Assembly (NCBI GenBank): GCA_964523565.1
Contig: CAZGAK010000004.1
Span: 12,933 to 76,932 of the forward strand
Reading direction: 5' to 3'
Source of the DNA: an uncultured Syntrophaceae bacterium
GTDB lineage: Bacteria; Desulfobacterota; Syntrophia; Syntrophales; UBA6807
DNA: 64,000 nt
The notes under the pieces were generated by a model that made no database searches, had not been told where the DNA came from, and worked only from the letters and a program-made list of their open reading frames with translations. How positions within the stretch are numbered: the stretch's first letter is position 1; every line of letters starts with the position of its first letter. The position numbers and the translations under genes are program-made. This document shows, piece by piece, positions 47,548 through 56,495 of the stretch.

Positions 47548-48540
47548 ATGTCGACAAAAGATCAGCTTTTATCTTATCTCAAAGAAAAAAAGGGGGCCTG
47601 GGTTTCCGGTGAATTATTAAGCAACAAAATGACGATCAGCCGGTCGGCCGTATGGAAACATGTTCGCAAATTAAAGGAAGAGGGTTACCTTATCGAATCC
47701 TCTCCGAAAAAAGGTTATTTGTTTCGAAAGTCATCCGACTTGCTTTTGGCGGAAGAAATCCGTGAGGGGCTGGACACAAAACTTTTTGGCAGGGAGAACA
47801 TAGTTTATCTCAAAGAAACGGACTCTACTAATCTCAGGGCACGCGATTTGGCAGCCGGGGGTGCCCCTGAAGGAACAATCGTCATATCGGAAAAACAATT
47901 GTCGGGAAAGGGAAGACGGGGAAGAAGCTGGTTCTCACCTTCAGGAAAAGGGATTTATACATCCTTTATATTAAGACCAGCCATACCGCCAAGTGAAGCA
48001 CCCGGTATCGTGTTAATGACATCTGTCGCAGTAGCTGAAGCCCTTCTTGCGCAGATACAATTAAAAACTACAATTAAATGGCCGAACGATATTCTTGTTA
48101 ACAGGAAAAAAATAGCGGGTATCCTCATCGAGATCGGCACAGAAATGGATGTAGTCAATTATGTTGTTGTGGGTCTCGGGCTCAATGTGAACATCCCTTA
48201 TGAATGTTTTCCTGATGAGATCAGGGAAGAGGCTACATCCGTCCTCATTGAAACGGGGAAAATAATTCCACGAATAAATTTGATTCACGGTTACCTAAAG
48301 TGGTTTGAAAAATATTATAATATGTTTAACGAGGGACGGTTTGAAGAAATTGTAAGTCGGTGGAAGAAATTTTCAGATATTATTGGGCGTCGGGTTATGG
48401 TCGATCTGTCCGGCAGAACATATATCGGAGAAGTTTCCCATATAGATCAAGACGGTGTATTGGTAATCAAAGACTCAAACGGGGAAACTCACAGGATGTT
48501 TTCTGGAGATGTAACGCTTATCCATGATTCTGTTGATTAA
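47548..48540 (+). CDS. birA: Bifunctional biotin-[acetyl-CoA-carboxylase] ligase / biotin operon repressor
   Basis: N-terminal wHTH (ISRSAVWKHVRKLKEEGY) and ligase motif GKGRRGRSW. The last 5 sense codons and the stop lie inside the MITE TIR. Confidence 0.9.
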   Translation: MSTKDQLLSYLKEKKGAWVSGELLSNKMTISRSAVWKHVRKLKEEGYLIESSPKKGYLFRKSSDLLLAEEIREGLDTKLFGRENIVYLKETDSTNLRARDLAAGGAPEGTIVISEKQLSGKGRRGRSWFSPSGKGIYTSFILRPAIPPSEAPGIVLMTSVAVAEALLAQIQLKTTIKWPNDILVNRKKIAGILIEIGTEMDVVNYVVVGLGLNVNIPYECFPDEIREEATSVLIETGKIIPRINLIHGYLKWFEKYYNMFNEGRFEEIVSRWKKFSDIIGRRVMVDLSGRTYIGEVSHIDQDGVLVIKDSNGETHRMFSGDVTLIHDSVD

Positions 48541-48668
48541 TGGTCTTTTCGCCCAATCTCTGCGTTATGCTCAAAAAATAATCCTCGGAATATCAACTAT
48601 ATGCCTGCGGTTATTTTTTGCGCATGCCTTGATCTTGAACGAAAATCTTCATAAGTCAACAGAATCAT
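48524..48668 (+). mobile_element. MITE-like element, family 1 (145 bp)
   Basis: TIRs ATGATTCTGTTGAT...GTCAACAGAATCAT. The core is about 70% identical to the family-2 core. Confidence 0.75.
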
Positions 48669-48690
48669 TCATGAATAATCATTCATGAAT
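48667..48690. promoter_or_regulatory. Two perfect 10-bp palindromes ATTCATGAAT spaced by 4 bp (candidate operator)
   Basis: ATTCATGAAT-AATC-ATTCATGAAT, equivalent to a 14-bp tandem duplication AATCATTCATGAAT x2. It lies 25 nt upstream of the symporter ATG. Confidence 0.35.
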
Positions 48691-48714
48691 AGAAAAAAGG
48701 AGAATTTTCACTAA

Positions 48715-50100
48715 ATGAACATTGCTATTGTGGGAATATTTTTTACAGGACTGATTTTTATCGGCATTCTCAGTATGAAAAAGATCAAGACCACTTCAAG
48801 CTATTTCGTGGCGGATCGAAATGGCAGCACCGTGGCTATAACGGGTTCTCTTCTGGCCACTATAATTGGCGGTTCAAGCACTATAGGTATTGCCGGCTTG
48901 GGATATTCGAAAGGGCTTGTTGGCGCATGGTGGATGCTCGTAGGAGCAATCGGTTTGTTGATTCTCTCTTGCTGGCTTGCCAAAAAGGTTAGAAATTATG
49001 CTGTCTTTACCCTCCCCGAGATCCTGGAAAGGCAATATGGAGGGAATACGATAAAAATAATAGCTTCAATCGTGATTGCAACGGCATGGCTCGGAATCAT
49101 TGCTGGACAAATTATTGCAGCAGGAAAGATTTTATCCGTTTTATGGCCGGGACAATTAGATCTGTTAATGATCACGGCAACCTCAGTTTTTATTCTTTAC
49201 ACCGTCCTTGGGGGTCAATATTCCATACTAAAGACCGATCTTATCCAGTCCATTATCATTCTTGCGGGATTGCTCATATGCCTGATCCTCAGCATATCCG
49301 CAGCAGGCGGACTGACAACAATGGCCGGACAACTCCCCGAATCTTATCTCTCTTTTCCCGTTTCCTCCGCTTTTGGCTGGACTGACCTCCTGACATTTCT
49401 TCTGTTTGTAGGTGCGGCCTATCTTGTAGGCCCCGATATCTATTCCAGGATATTCTGTTCCAAAAGCCCCGACATTGCTAAAAAATCAACCATGCTGGCA
49501 GCAATTGCAATGATTCCCATAGCTTTTTCCATTACCTTGATAGGAATAACAGCACGGGTAATGCTTCCGGGGATTCCGCCGGAAAGTGCTCTGCCCGCCC
49601 TTGTTATGAATGCAATTCCCGTCGGACTTAACGGATTGGTAATAGCAGCTCTTCTGGCGGCAGTAATGTCTTCGGCAGATACATGCCTTTTGACGACAAG
49701 TACCATTATTGCAGCGGATATCATCAATCCCGTTTTTAAATCAACAATCAATGAAAAAACTCTTCTTATGATAACGAGAATCGGAGTAATCATAATAGGA
49801 ATCATTTCACTTCTGATTGCCTTAAAATTAAAAGGCATCATTGCTTCGCTGCTTTTAGGATATACGGTATACACGAGCGGTCTGGTGATTCCTGTTCTTC
49901 TTGGATTTTACGCAAAGAGCTTGAAATTGAATGCCGTCGGTGTTATAGCAGCCATCGCAGGGGGTGGTGGAATGGGACTGTTTTTAAAATTATCAGGACA
50001 CAACAATCTTGCACTCCTTACTCTTCCTGTTTCCGCTTTTCTCCTTTTTGCGGGAAGTTATTCCGCACACTTTCTGAAAGGTAAAGAGTCTGCCAGCTGA
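48715..50100 (+). CDS. Sodium:solute symporter family transporter
   Basis: 461 aa with about 12-13 TM segments and an SSF-like organisation. Substrate unknown. Confidence 0.8.
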   Translation: MNIAIVGIFFTGLIFIGILSMKKIKTTSSYFVADRNGSTVAITGSLLATIIGGSSTIGIAGLGYSKGLVGAWWMLVGAIGLLILSCWLAKKVRNYAVFTLPEILERQYGGNTIKIIASIVIATAWLGIIAGQIIAAGKILSVLWPGQLDLLMITATSVFILYTVLGGQYSILKTDLIQSIIILAGLLICLILSISAAGGLTTMAGQLPESYLSFPVSSAFGWTDLLTFLLFVGAAYLVGPDIYSRIFCSKSPDIAKKSTMLAAIAMIPIAFSITLIGITARVMLPGIPPESALPALVMNAIPVGLNGLVIAALLAAVMSSADTCLLTTSTIIAADIINPVFKSTINEKTLLMITRIGVIIIGIISLLIALKLKGIIASLLLGYTVYTSGLVIPVLLGFYAKSLKLNAVGVIAAIAGGGGMGLFLKLSGHNNLALLTLPVSAFLLFAGSYSAHFLKGKESAS

Positions 50101-50163
50101 TCTGCCGGGGAAATTATGCGAGCACAGACTTTTCCAAAATAATATGAGGAAAGATTTTACATT

Positions 50164-51039
50164 ATGAATTGCGATTGGGTTTGGGTTGACAATCAGAAAA
50201 AACTGGAAAGCGCCAGAAGTGATATACAAAACTCTCCCTTTACTGGTGTCGACACGGAGTATGATTCCTTCAGATATTTTAGAGAGAAACTCTGTCTCAT
50301 TCAAATAGTCGGTGGATCAAAAACATACCTTTTTGATCCGTTTGAAGACCTTGACATTTCTTTTTTAGGAACTGTTTTTTCCGATTCTGAAACTCTGAAG
50401 ATTATACATGCCGGAGACAATGACATACGAATTTTAAACAGAGATTACGGCTTCGTGTTTAAGAATATCTTCGACACACACAGGGCAGCCTCAATTCTGG
50501 GCTGTAATCATCTTTCTCTTTCGAATGTTGTTAACAACTATTTGGGAGTAACATTGAATAAATCAAAAAAGATGCAGAGATCACAATGGGAAACGAGACC
50601 CCTCACAGATGAACAGTTGCATTATGCGGTCCAGGATACCAGTTACCTGCTGGAGCTATACCGCACGCTTAAAGATATGTTAAAAATAAATGGGCTGGAA
50701 GAAAAGGCATATGAAGCTTTCGTTATAGTTGAGGCTGCACGATGGAGTGCAAAAACCCTTGATCCCAATGGATACATGAAAATCAATGGATGCCAGGACT
50801 TGAACGAACATCAGAAAAAATGTTTAAAAGCTCTCTGTCGCTGGCGTTTCGAAAAAGCAAGAGAAACTAATAAGGCTCGTTTTATGATTCTGTCTGACCA
50901 GAACTTGATCGATCTCTCAAGAGAAAAAATCGACACCATTACCTCTCTCAATGAGACAGGGGTACTTTCCCCTCGAAAAATCAGAAATTTCGGTCCGGAA
51001 ATTATTAAAACGTTAGATAAGGATCTTCTTAACTTTTAG
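50164..51039 (+). CDS. rnd: Ribonuclease D-like 3'-5' exonuclease with HRDC domain
   Basis: DEDD motifs (GVDTEYD, HAGDNDIRIL, YAVQDTSYL) and a C-terminal HRDC-like region. Confidence 0.85.
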   Translation: MNCDWVWVDNQKKLESARSDIQNSPFTGVDTEYDSFRYFREKLCLIQIVGGSKTYLFDPFEDLDISFLGTVFSDSETLKIIHAGDNDIRILNRDYGFVFKNIFDTHRAASILGCNHLSLSNVVNNYLGVTLNKSKKMQRSQWETRPLTDEQLHYAVQDTSYLLELYRTLKDMLKINGLEEKAYEAFVIVEAARWSAKTLDPNGYMKINGCQDLNEHQKKCLKALCRWRFEKARETNKARFMILSDQNLIDLSREKIDTITSLNETGVLSPRKIRNFGPEIIKTLDKDLLNF

Positions 51040-51128
51040 ATCTCTTTTTCGGTTTTCACCATAACCCATACAATATTCTGCCCCACAGAATCTCTGAGGG
51101 GCAGTGTTTAACCCTGATATTTTTTCCT

Positions 51129-51344
51129 TTACTCTAAAATTAACAGAACCGTATCCTCTTCTACTTGGTCATCCTGTTTCACCTTGATTTCTTTCACGAC
51201 CCCTGATGAATCGGCATAAATGGGGTTTTGCATCTTCATTGCTTCTATATTTAAAAGCTCCTCATCTTCATTTACCTGGTCACCAACCTGAACGTAAATT
51301 TCAAGAATCTTTCCTGATATTGGAGACATCACTTCTACACTCAC
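51129..51344 (-). CDS. Biotin carboxyl-carrier (biotinyl domain) protein
   Basis: 71 aa with the EAMKM biotinylation motif. Confidence 0.85.
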   Translation of the reverse strand: MSVEVMSPISGKILEIYVQVGDQVNEDEELLNIEAMKMQNPIYADSSGVVKEIKVKQDDQVEEDTVLLILE

Positions 51345-51421
51345 TTTATTTACCTCCCCTAAATTTATCTTTGTGAAAACATTAAAATAAAACTATAAAA
51401 AAGTTTAGCATAATTATTATC

Positions 51422-52546
51422 TTACTTCAAAAGCATACTCAGGAACAATCCCGCCGCAGTAGCCGTTCCAATTGTACCCGCCACATTCGGTCCCATCGCA
51501 TGCATAAGAATAAAATTTTTCTTGTCTTCTTCTCTTGCTACCACCTGGGCCACACGTGCGGCCATGGGTACGGCCGACACACCTGCTGCACCGATCAGGG
51601 GATTTATCTTATCCTTTAAAAACAGGTTCATAAACTTGGCTAAAAGAAGACCTGCAGCCGTACTGAAGCAAAAGGCAAACAATCCAAGAAAAAAGATATA
51701 TAGAGAGCCCGGTTTCAAAAAGACCTGTGCGGGCATGGTAGCACCGATGCACAGGCCCAGGAATATCGTTACAATATTAATTAACTCGTTTTGAGCAGTT
51801 TTGGATAGACGCTCCACAACACCGCACTCCCTGAACAGATTGCCCACCATAAACATCCCGACAAGTGGCGCGGAAGCAGGAACGAGAAGGCAGATGATTA
51901 CTGTTGCCAACAGGGGAAAGCCTATTTTTTCCAGATTACTGACCTTCCGTAATCTTGGCATCCTGATTTTTCGCTCCTCTTTCGTCGTTAACAACCTCAT
52001 AATGGGTGGCTGGATTATCGGCACCAGGGCCATATACGAATAAGCGGCGACTGCTGTTGCGCCGAGAAGATGAGGAGCAAGTTGCGAAGTTAAAAATATC
52101 GTTGTAGGTCCGTCGGCCCCCCCTATGATTCCTATAGAGGCAGCTTCATTTAGGTTAAATCCCAGCAAGAGGGAACCAAAGAAAGTCGCATAAACTCCGA
52201 ATTGTGCCGCCGCACCGAGAAGCAGCGTTTTTGGGTTGGCTATTACCGGCCCAAAATCGGTCATAGCACCTATACCCATAAAGATGAGCGGAGGTAAGAT
52301 ATCCCACCTGTCAATGGCAAAATGATAGAATACCCATAGTAAATGTCCTTCTTTCATGAGATCAGTAAGGGGAAGGTTGACCACCAGGATTCCAAAACCG
52401 ATAGGCACCAGAAGCAATGGTTCATACTGCTTTGTTATGCCAAGTGTAATGAGGATAATCCCAATCATCCACATCAGGATATTGCCCAATGTTAAATGGT
52501 AAAAACCCATCTTTGAAACCAACTGATAAAAAAGACCGGCATCCAT
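51422..52546 (-). CDS. Sodium ion-translocating decarboxylase beta subunit (OadB/GcdB/MmdB family)
   Basis: 374 aa and polytopic, with the [20 protein letters not shown]-terminal motif. Confidence 0.9.
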   Translation of the reverse strand: MDAGLFYQLVSKMGFYHLTLGNILMWMIGIILITLGITKQYEPLLLVPIGFGILVVNLPLTDLMKEGHLLWVFYHFAIDRWDILPPLIFMGIGAMTDFGPVIANPKTLLLGAAAQFGVYATFFGSLLLGFNLNEAASIGIIGGADGPTTIFLTSQLAPHLLGATAVAAYSYMALVPIIQPPIMRLLTTKEERKIRMPRLRKVSNLEKIGFPLLATVIICLLVPASAPLVGMFMVGNLFRECGVVERLSKTAQNELINIVTIFLGLCIGATMPAQVFLKPGSLYIFFLGLFAFCFSTAAGLLLAKFMNLFLKDKINPLIGAAGVSAVPMAARVAQVVAREEDKKNFILMHAMGPNVAGTIGTATAAGLFLSMLLK

Positions 52547-52616
52547 TATTCTCTACCTTGCGGATTGATTTTTTGACTTGGATTATTTTCTCTATGTTTA
52601 AGGAGCAACAATATTT

Positions 52617-52775
52617 TTATTCCTTTCCCTTGCTTTGCTTCACTATCTTCTCGATTTGATGGGTGATTTTCGAAAAAAGATTGATAGAGAGCTGCAAGAC
52701 AATCAGACAGCCAAAAACTCCGCCAAATCCAACGAAAAACACCTCAAACGCTTTTCCCCATGGAATGGATTCCAT
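52617..52775 (-). CDS. Small decarboxylase membrane subunit (OadG-like)
   Basis: Hand-translated as MESIPWGKAFEVFFVGFGGVFGCLIVLQLSINLFSKITHQIEKIVKQSKGKE. It has a single TM helix and sits directly upstream of the beta subunit. Confidence 0.5.
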   Translation of the reverse strand: MESIPWGKAFEVFFVGFGGVFGCLIVLQLSINLFSKITHQIEKIVKQSKGKE

Positions 52776-52934
52776 GTCACTTCCTCTTAACTTTTAATTT
52801 CTTGCAATAAAGCAATTTATCATTTCGTAAAAATTAACGCACAGAGATACCATATTTTCTTTCCAAATCATACAGAAAAATCCTGATATTTTATATTGTA
52901 GATTACAGAGAAAAACAGAGAATGCCTGTATCAA

Positions 52935-53585
52935 TCATGACAAGAATGCATAAGACACAAAATTCCCGTCATGACTTAAGCTGATATCAACTAACGCCTT
53001 ATTGCCCTTGATGGACACCATTGGAGATCCTAAACCATGAGGACCTTTAAGGCGAAGGATATCAATATCTTCAACATTTTGTTTAAGATGTGAAGAAATT
53101 CTTCTTTTTGCCAATCTCCTTACCACTAAGGATGCAGCGTCCGGTGAATAACGAATCTCCTCTCCCTGCATCTTCCTGATTTTCTGTACCCCACAGACGA
53201 CTGAATTAATCTCTTCTGATCTACCTGCGATTCCTACACAATGGATGTAACCGTTACCTGCAAAAATTCTGACAAACACAGGACCATGAGGTGTTTCAAC
53301 CACTCCCGACATAAAAGATCTGTTTTCCTTTACGATTTTCTCCGACGTATTCAGTCTTACTTCATATCTCCGGGGTGCAGCGGTTACATCGGCATTTGCT
53401 TTGCAAATTGCCTTATATCCCGTCTCTTTTCCTGCCCACAGGCTCCAGAGAAGGAAATCCGGCTCACTGCAATTCAAAATCTGTTGTCTCTCACATTCAC
53501 TGAAAACCCGATCAATGAAGCGCGTATCCCGGCTTTTTCCCCTCGCTTGAGGATCGGTCAAATCCACAATATCGTTGCCTATCAA
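52935..53585 (-). CDS. 4'-phosphopantetheinyl transferase
   Basis: MIGNDIVDL start and the WAGKETGYKA motif (W..KE...K). 216 aa. Confidence 0.75.
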   Translation of the reverse strand: MIGNDIVDLTDPQARGKSRDTRFIDRVFSECERQQILNCSEPDFLLWSLWAGKETGYKAICKANADVTAAPRRYEVRLNTSEKIVKENRSFMSGVVETPHGPVFVRIFAGNGYIHCVGIAGRSEEINSVVCGVQKIRKMQGEEIRYSPDAASLVVRRLAKRRISSHLKQNVEDIDILRLKGPHGLGSPMVSIKGNKALVDISLSHDGNFVSYAFLS

Positions 53586-54306
53586 AATAATCTTTCTCCA
53601 TTCGGGCCAGCTCTTTTACAATCTGTTCCGCACAGTCTCTTTGCGCTTTCAGGCCCTTACTCTCGGTATAAGGTTTAAATGTTTCTACTTTCATGGTGAA
53701 AAGTTCACCAAACCGGGGAATGTTACTGTATGTATCCTGTCCATCACCACGCAGGTAGATGCACATAACATGGCAATCGGAATTACTATTTATCAAACGG
53801 CCGACTCCATAGGAAAAGTTTTCTGTATCGACCCGGCCTGTCCGGGAACGTCTGCCCTCCGGGAAAATGAGTAAGCTCTCCCCTTTTTCCAGGAGATAAG
53901 TACACTTGTCCATGGTGGATTTCATCTTCTTTCGATTTCCGCCGCGACTTACGGGAATACACTTTGCCAGGTAACAGATAACTGCCAGAAAAATATTGCT
54001 CTGAAAATTTGCACTCTCCGGAAGGTTCCAGGGAAGTATCCTGTAATTAAGCATATAACGATGCAGGGGCGCCATGGCATAAGCCAGAACCACTGAATCT
54101 ATCATGGTCAGGTGATTGGGGCATATCATCCAGGAACCCCTGTGTTTCACAAGCAGGTCTCTGACCGTTTTCCTCGTTTTGTTCAGGTCTCTTACCCTGT
54201 ACCTCATAAGCTTTATCGCAAGAAACACAAGGGGACCAACAACGAAAACCAACAGGCTTCCCATGATGAACTGCAGGGACAGGAGATATTTTGTTGTCCT
54301 TTTCAT
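53512..54306 (-). CDS. PlsC-type (lysophospholipid) acyltransferase
   Basis: N-terminal TM helix, HX4D block CPNHLTMIDS and an FPEGRRSRTG block. Confidence 0.8.
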   Translation of the reverse strand: MKRTTKYLLSLQFIMGSLLVFVVGPLVFLAIKLMRYRVRDLNKTRKTVRDLLVKHRGSWMICPNHLTMIDSVVLAYAMAPLHRYMLNYRILPWNLPESANFQSNIFLAVICYLAKCIPVSRGGNRKKMKSTMDKCTYLLEKGESLLIFPEGRRSRTGRVDTENFSYGVGRLINSNSDCHVMCIYLRGDGQDTYSNIPRFGELFTMKVETFKPYTESKGLKAQRDCAEQIVKELARMEKDYFDRQRYCGFDRSSSEGKKPGYALH

Positions 54307-54314
54307 GGATTGCC

Positions 54315-54563
54315 TTAATTCAGCTTATTCAGTATGACATCCACAGCATCCCCGATGGTCCTGATCTGATCGGCATCATCATCATCGATTTCAATATCAA
54401 ATACATCTTCACACTTGATGATCACGTCTACCAGACGTGCGGAATTGACCTTGAGGTCATCAAGTATATGGGTATCTTTTGTCGCGTTTTCCAGCAAAGC
54501 CGGATCTTTTACATAGGGTTTGAGGATATTAACCATCTCTTGAAAAATTTGTTTTTCGTCCAT
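54315..54563 (-). CDS. Acyl carrier protein (non-AcpP type)
   Basis: 82 aa and acidic. The putative Ppant site is LDDLKVNSARLVDVI, with NSA in place of the canonical DSL. SD is AAGGAG. Confidence 0.8.
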   Translation of the reverse strand: MDEKQIFQEMVNILKPYVKDPALLENATKDTHILDDLKVNSARLVDVIIKCEDVFDIEIDDDDADQIRTIGDAVDVILNKLN

Positions 54564-54586
54564 TCTTTTTCTCCTTAATTAAAATA

Positions 54587-54621
54587 GTTTAAAGTTCCAT
54601 GTTTAAAGTTTAAAGTTCCGG
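54587..54621. repeat. Heptad tract GTTTAAA GTTCCAT GTTTAAA GTTTAAA GTTCCGG
   Basis: Read directly, just upstream of the ACP gene (minus strand). Confidence 0.8.
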
Positions 54622-54722
54622 ATCTTTCAAATCCATCGAACAATCCCAAGTTTTTGGTTAACGACCCATGATTCGACATTATGTGGCCTTCGCAGAAGGT
54701 CTCTCGGGGGTGAACCACCCAC

Positions 54723-54750
54723 AACTTGAAACTCGTAACTTGAAACTGAT
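54723..54750. repeat. Heptad tract AACTTGA AACTCGT AACTTGA AACTGAT (inverse orientation)
   Basis: Read directly, ending 1 nt from the KS stop codon. Confidence 0.8.
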
Positions 54751-54751
54751 T

Positions 54752-56038
54752 TCATCCTTCCCACTTTTTGAAAATCAAACAGCTGTTCACATCCCCAAAA
54801 CCGAAACAGGCCTTGGCAATGATTTTCAAGTCAGTGTATTCCATGACTTTGTGAGGAATCTTGTCCGCAAACACCTCAATTTCAGGATGTAAATCATCAC
54901 AATTAATCGATGGGTGCAAGAACCCTTTATATAACTGCAAGACAACGGCAACACTTTCAATTGCTCCAGCTGCTCCCAGGCAGTGACCGATCATCGATTT
55001 GGTAGAGTTTATATACGGAAAGTCCTGAGGATCTCTATTGAGAGCTCGCGACCAGTTGTTTACCTCAGATGGATCGGCAAACGTTGCCGTCAGGTGACCG
55101 TTGATTGCATCGATCTCATCAGGGGTAGTATCTGCATCAACCAAAGCGCTTCTTATACAGCGTTGCACACCATCCGGATTCGGCGCCGTCATGGAACCAC
55201 CGTTGCGCTGACCGCCGCTATTAACATACCCTCCAAGTATTTCCGCATAAATCCTCGCACCCCTGGACAGTGCCGTTTCCAATTCCTCAAGGACCAGAAC
55301 CGCTCCCCCCGCACCGGGCACAAAACCGTTTGCCGAGGCGCTCATCGGGCGGGAGCCTTTTTCCGGGTGATCGTTGAACTTGCGTGCAATAACACGCATG
55401 GAATCAAATCCGGCCCAAATATAAGGAGATGCCCCTTCAGACCCTCCTGCCAGCATCCGCTTTGCCAGTCCCGTTCGTATCCTCCACATTGCATCTACAA
55501 TGGCCTCTGTCCCGGTGCTGCAGGCGGCGGAGTTCGATGTTACCTGGTTCCCTAAAGCCAGCAAGCCTCCTACACGGGCGCTTGTTCCGCTGTTCATGAC
55601 CTGCTCGACAATCCTGCTTCCCATACGGCGCGTCCTGCCTTCATTGACCATGGGAACGACTCTTTCCGCAATCGTATCCATGCCACCGACCCCACAGCCA
55701 AGGATCGCACCCGTGTCCCAGTTTACCTGACCGTCATCATCACCAGATAATGCAAATCCCGCATCACGCCACGCATCGACGGCAGACACGGATATATATC
55801 CGATATTATCGTTCAGGGAGAGTAGCTTTTCGTGGTCGAAATAGCTCTTGCGAATCTCATCAAAATTCTCCGGCATGCCACCAATCTGGCAGGAAAACTT
55901 TAGTTCCTTCAGTCTGGGAAAGAATCGGATTCCTGACCGGCCCTCGCGCAGGGCCTGTTCAAAATTGTTCAACCCGTGTCCGTTCGGCGCCACAACGCCC
56001 ATTCCTGTTATAACAACTCTATTTTTCATTAAAATCAA
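54752..56038 (-). CDS. Beta-ketoacyl-ACP synthase (KAS I/II-like, divergent)
   Basis: Active-site Cys SNSAACSTG, and His residues in NGHLTAT and GHCLGAAG. Confidence 0.9.
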   Translation of the reverse strand: MILMKNRVVITGMGVVAPNGHGLNNFEQALREGRSGIRFFPRLKELKFSCQIGGMPENFDEIRKSYFDHEKLLSLNDNIGYISVSAVDAWRDAGFALSGDDDGQVNWDTGAILGCGVGGMDTIAERVVPMVNEGRTRRMGSRIVEQVMNSGTSARVGGLLALGNQVTSNSAACSTGTEAIVDAMWRIRTGLAKRMLAGGSEGASPYIWAGFDSMRVIARKFNDHPEKGSRPMSASANGFVPGAGGAVLVLEELETALSRGARIYAEILGGYVNSGGQRNGGSMTAPNPDGVQRCIRSALVDADTTPDEIDAINGHLTATFADPSEVNNWSRALNRDPQDFPYINSTKSMIGHCLGAAGAIESVAVVLQLYKGFLHPSINCDDLHPEIEVFADKIPHKVMEYTDLKIIAKACFGFGDVNSCLIFKKWEG

Positions 56039-56495
56039 CTCCCCTGCCGGTCAGTATACCGTAACAGACAAATTCTCCATTTTCCCTTTCCATACTGACC
56101 TTCGTTTTTAAATTTCCTCTGCGAAGATAGATTTTTTTACCCTTAATAATAACCCTTTCTCCCGGGCTTACGATACCGTTAAACTCGCAATCATCAACCA
56201 TGGTGAAAAGGGTAACTAATCGCTTAATTCGATCTGATGATAAACCTTGATGCATGAGCTGATATATACCGAAGGCAACAACGCCTGTCTGGGCCATTGT
56301 TTCAATTAAAATAACTCCGGGTGTAATCGGCTGGCCGGGGAAATGTCCCTTATAGAAGTACTCATCGTCCCGGAAGCGGTATGTTCCGATAATATGATCC
56401 TCATCCATTTCCAGTATGTCATCGATAAAACGGAACGGTTGCTGTTGAGGAACCAGAAGAAGCACATCTTCAATAGTTTTTTTATCAGCCTCCAT
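56019..56495 (-). CDS. FabZ-like 3-hydroxyacyl-ACP dehydratase
   Basis: PFRFIDDILE...YFYKGHFPGQPITPGVILIETMAQTG. The start at MEADKK (56495) overlaps the fabG stop by 11 nt. Confidence 0.8.
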   Translation of the reverse strand: MEADKKTIEDVLLLVPQQQPFRFIDDILEMDEDHIIGTYRFRDDEYFYKGHFPGQPITPGVILIETMAQTGVVAFGIYQLMHQGLSSDRIKRLVTLFTMVDDCEFNGIVSPGERVIIKGKKIYLRRGNLKTKVSMERENGEFVCYGILTGRGVDFNEK

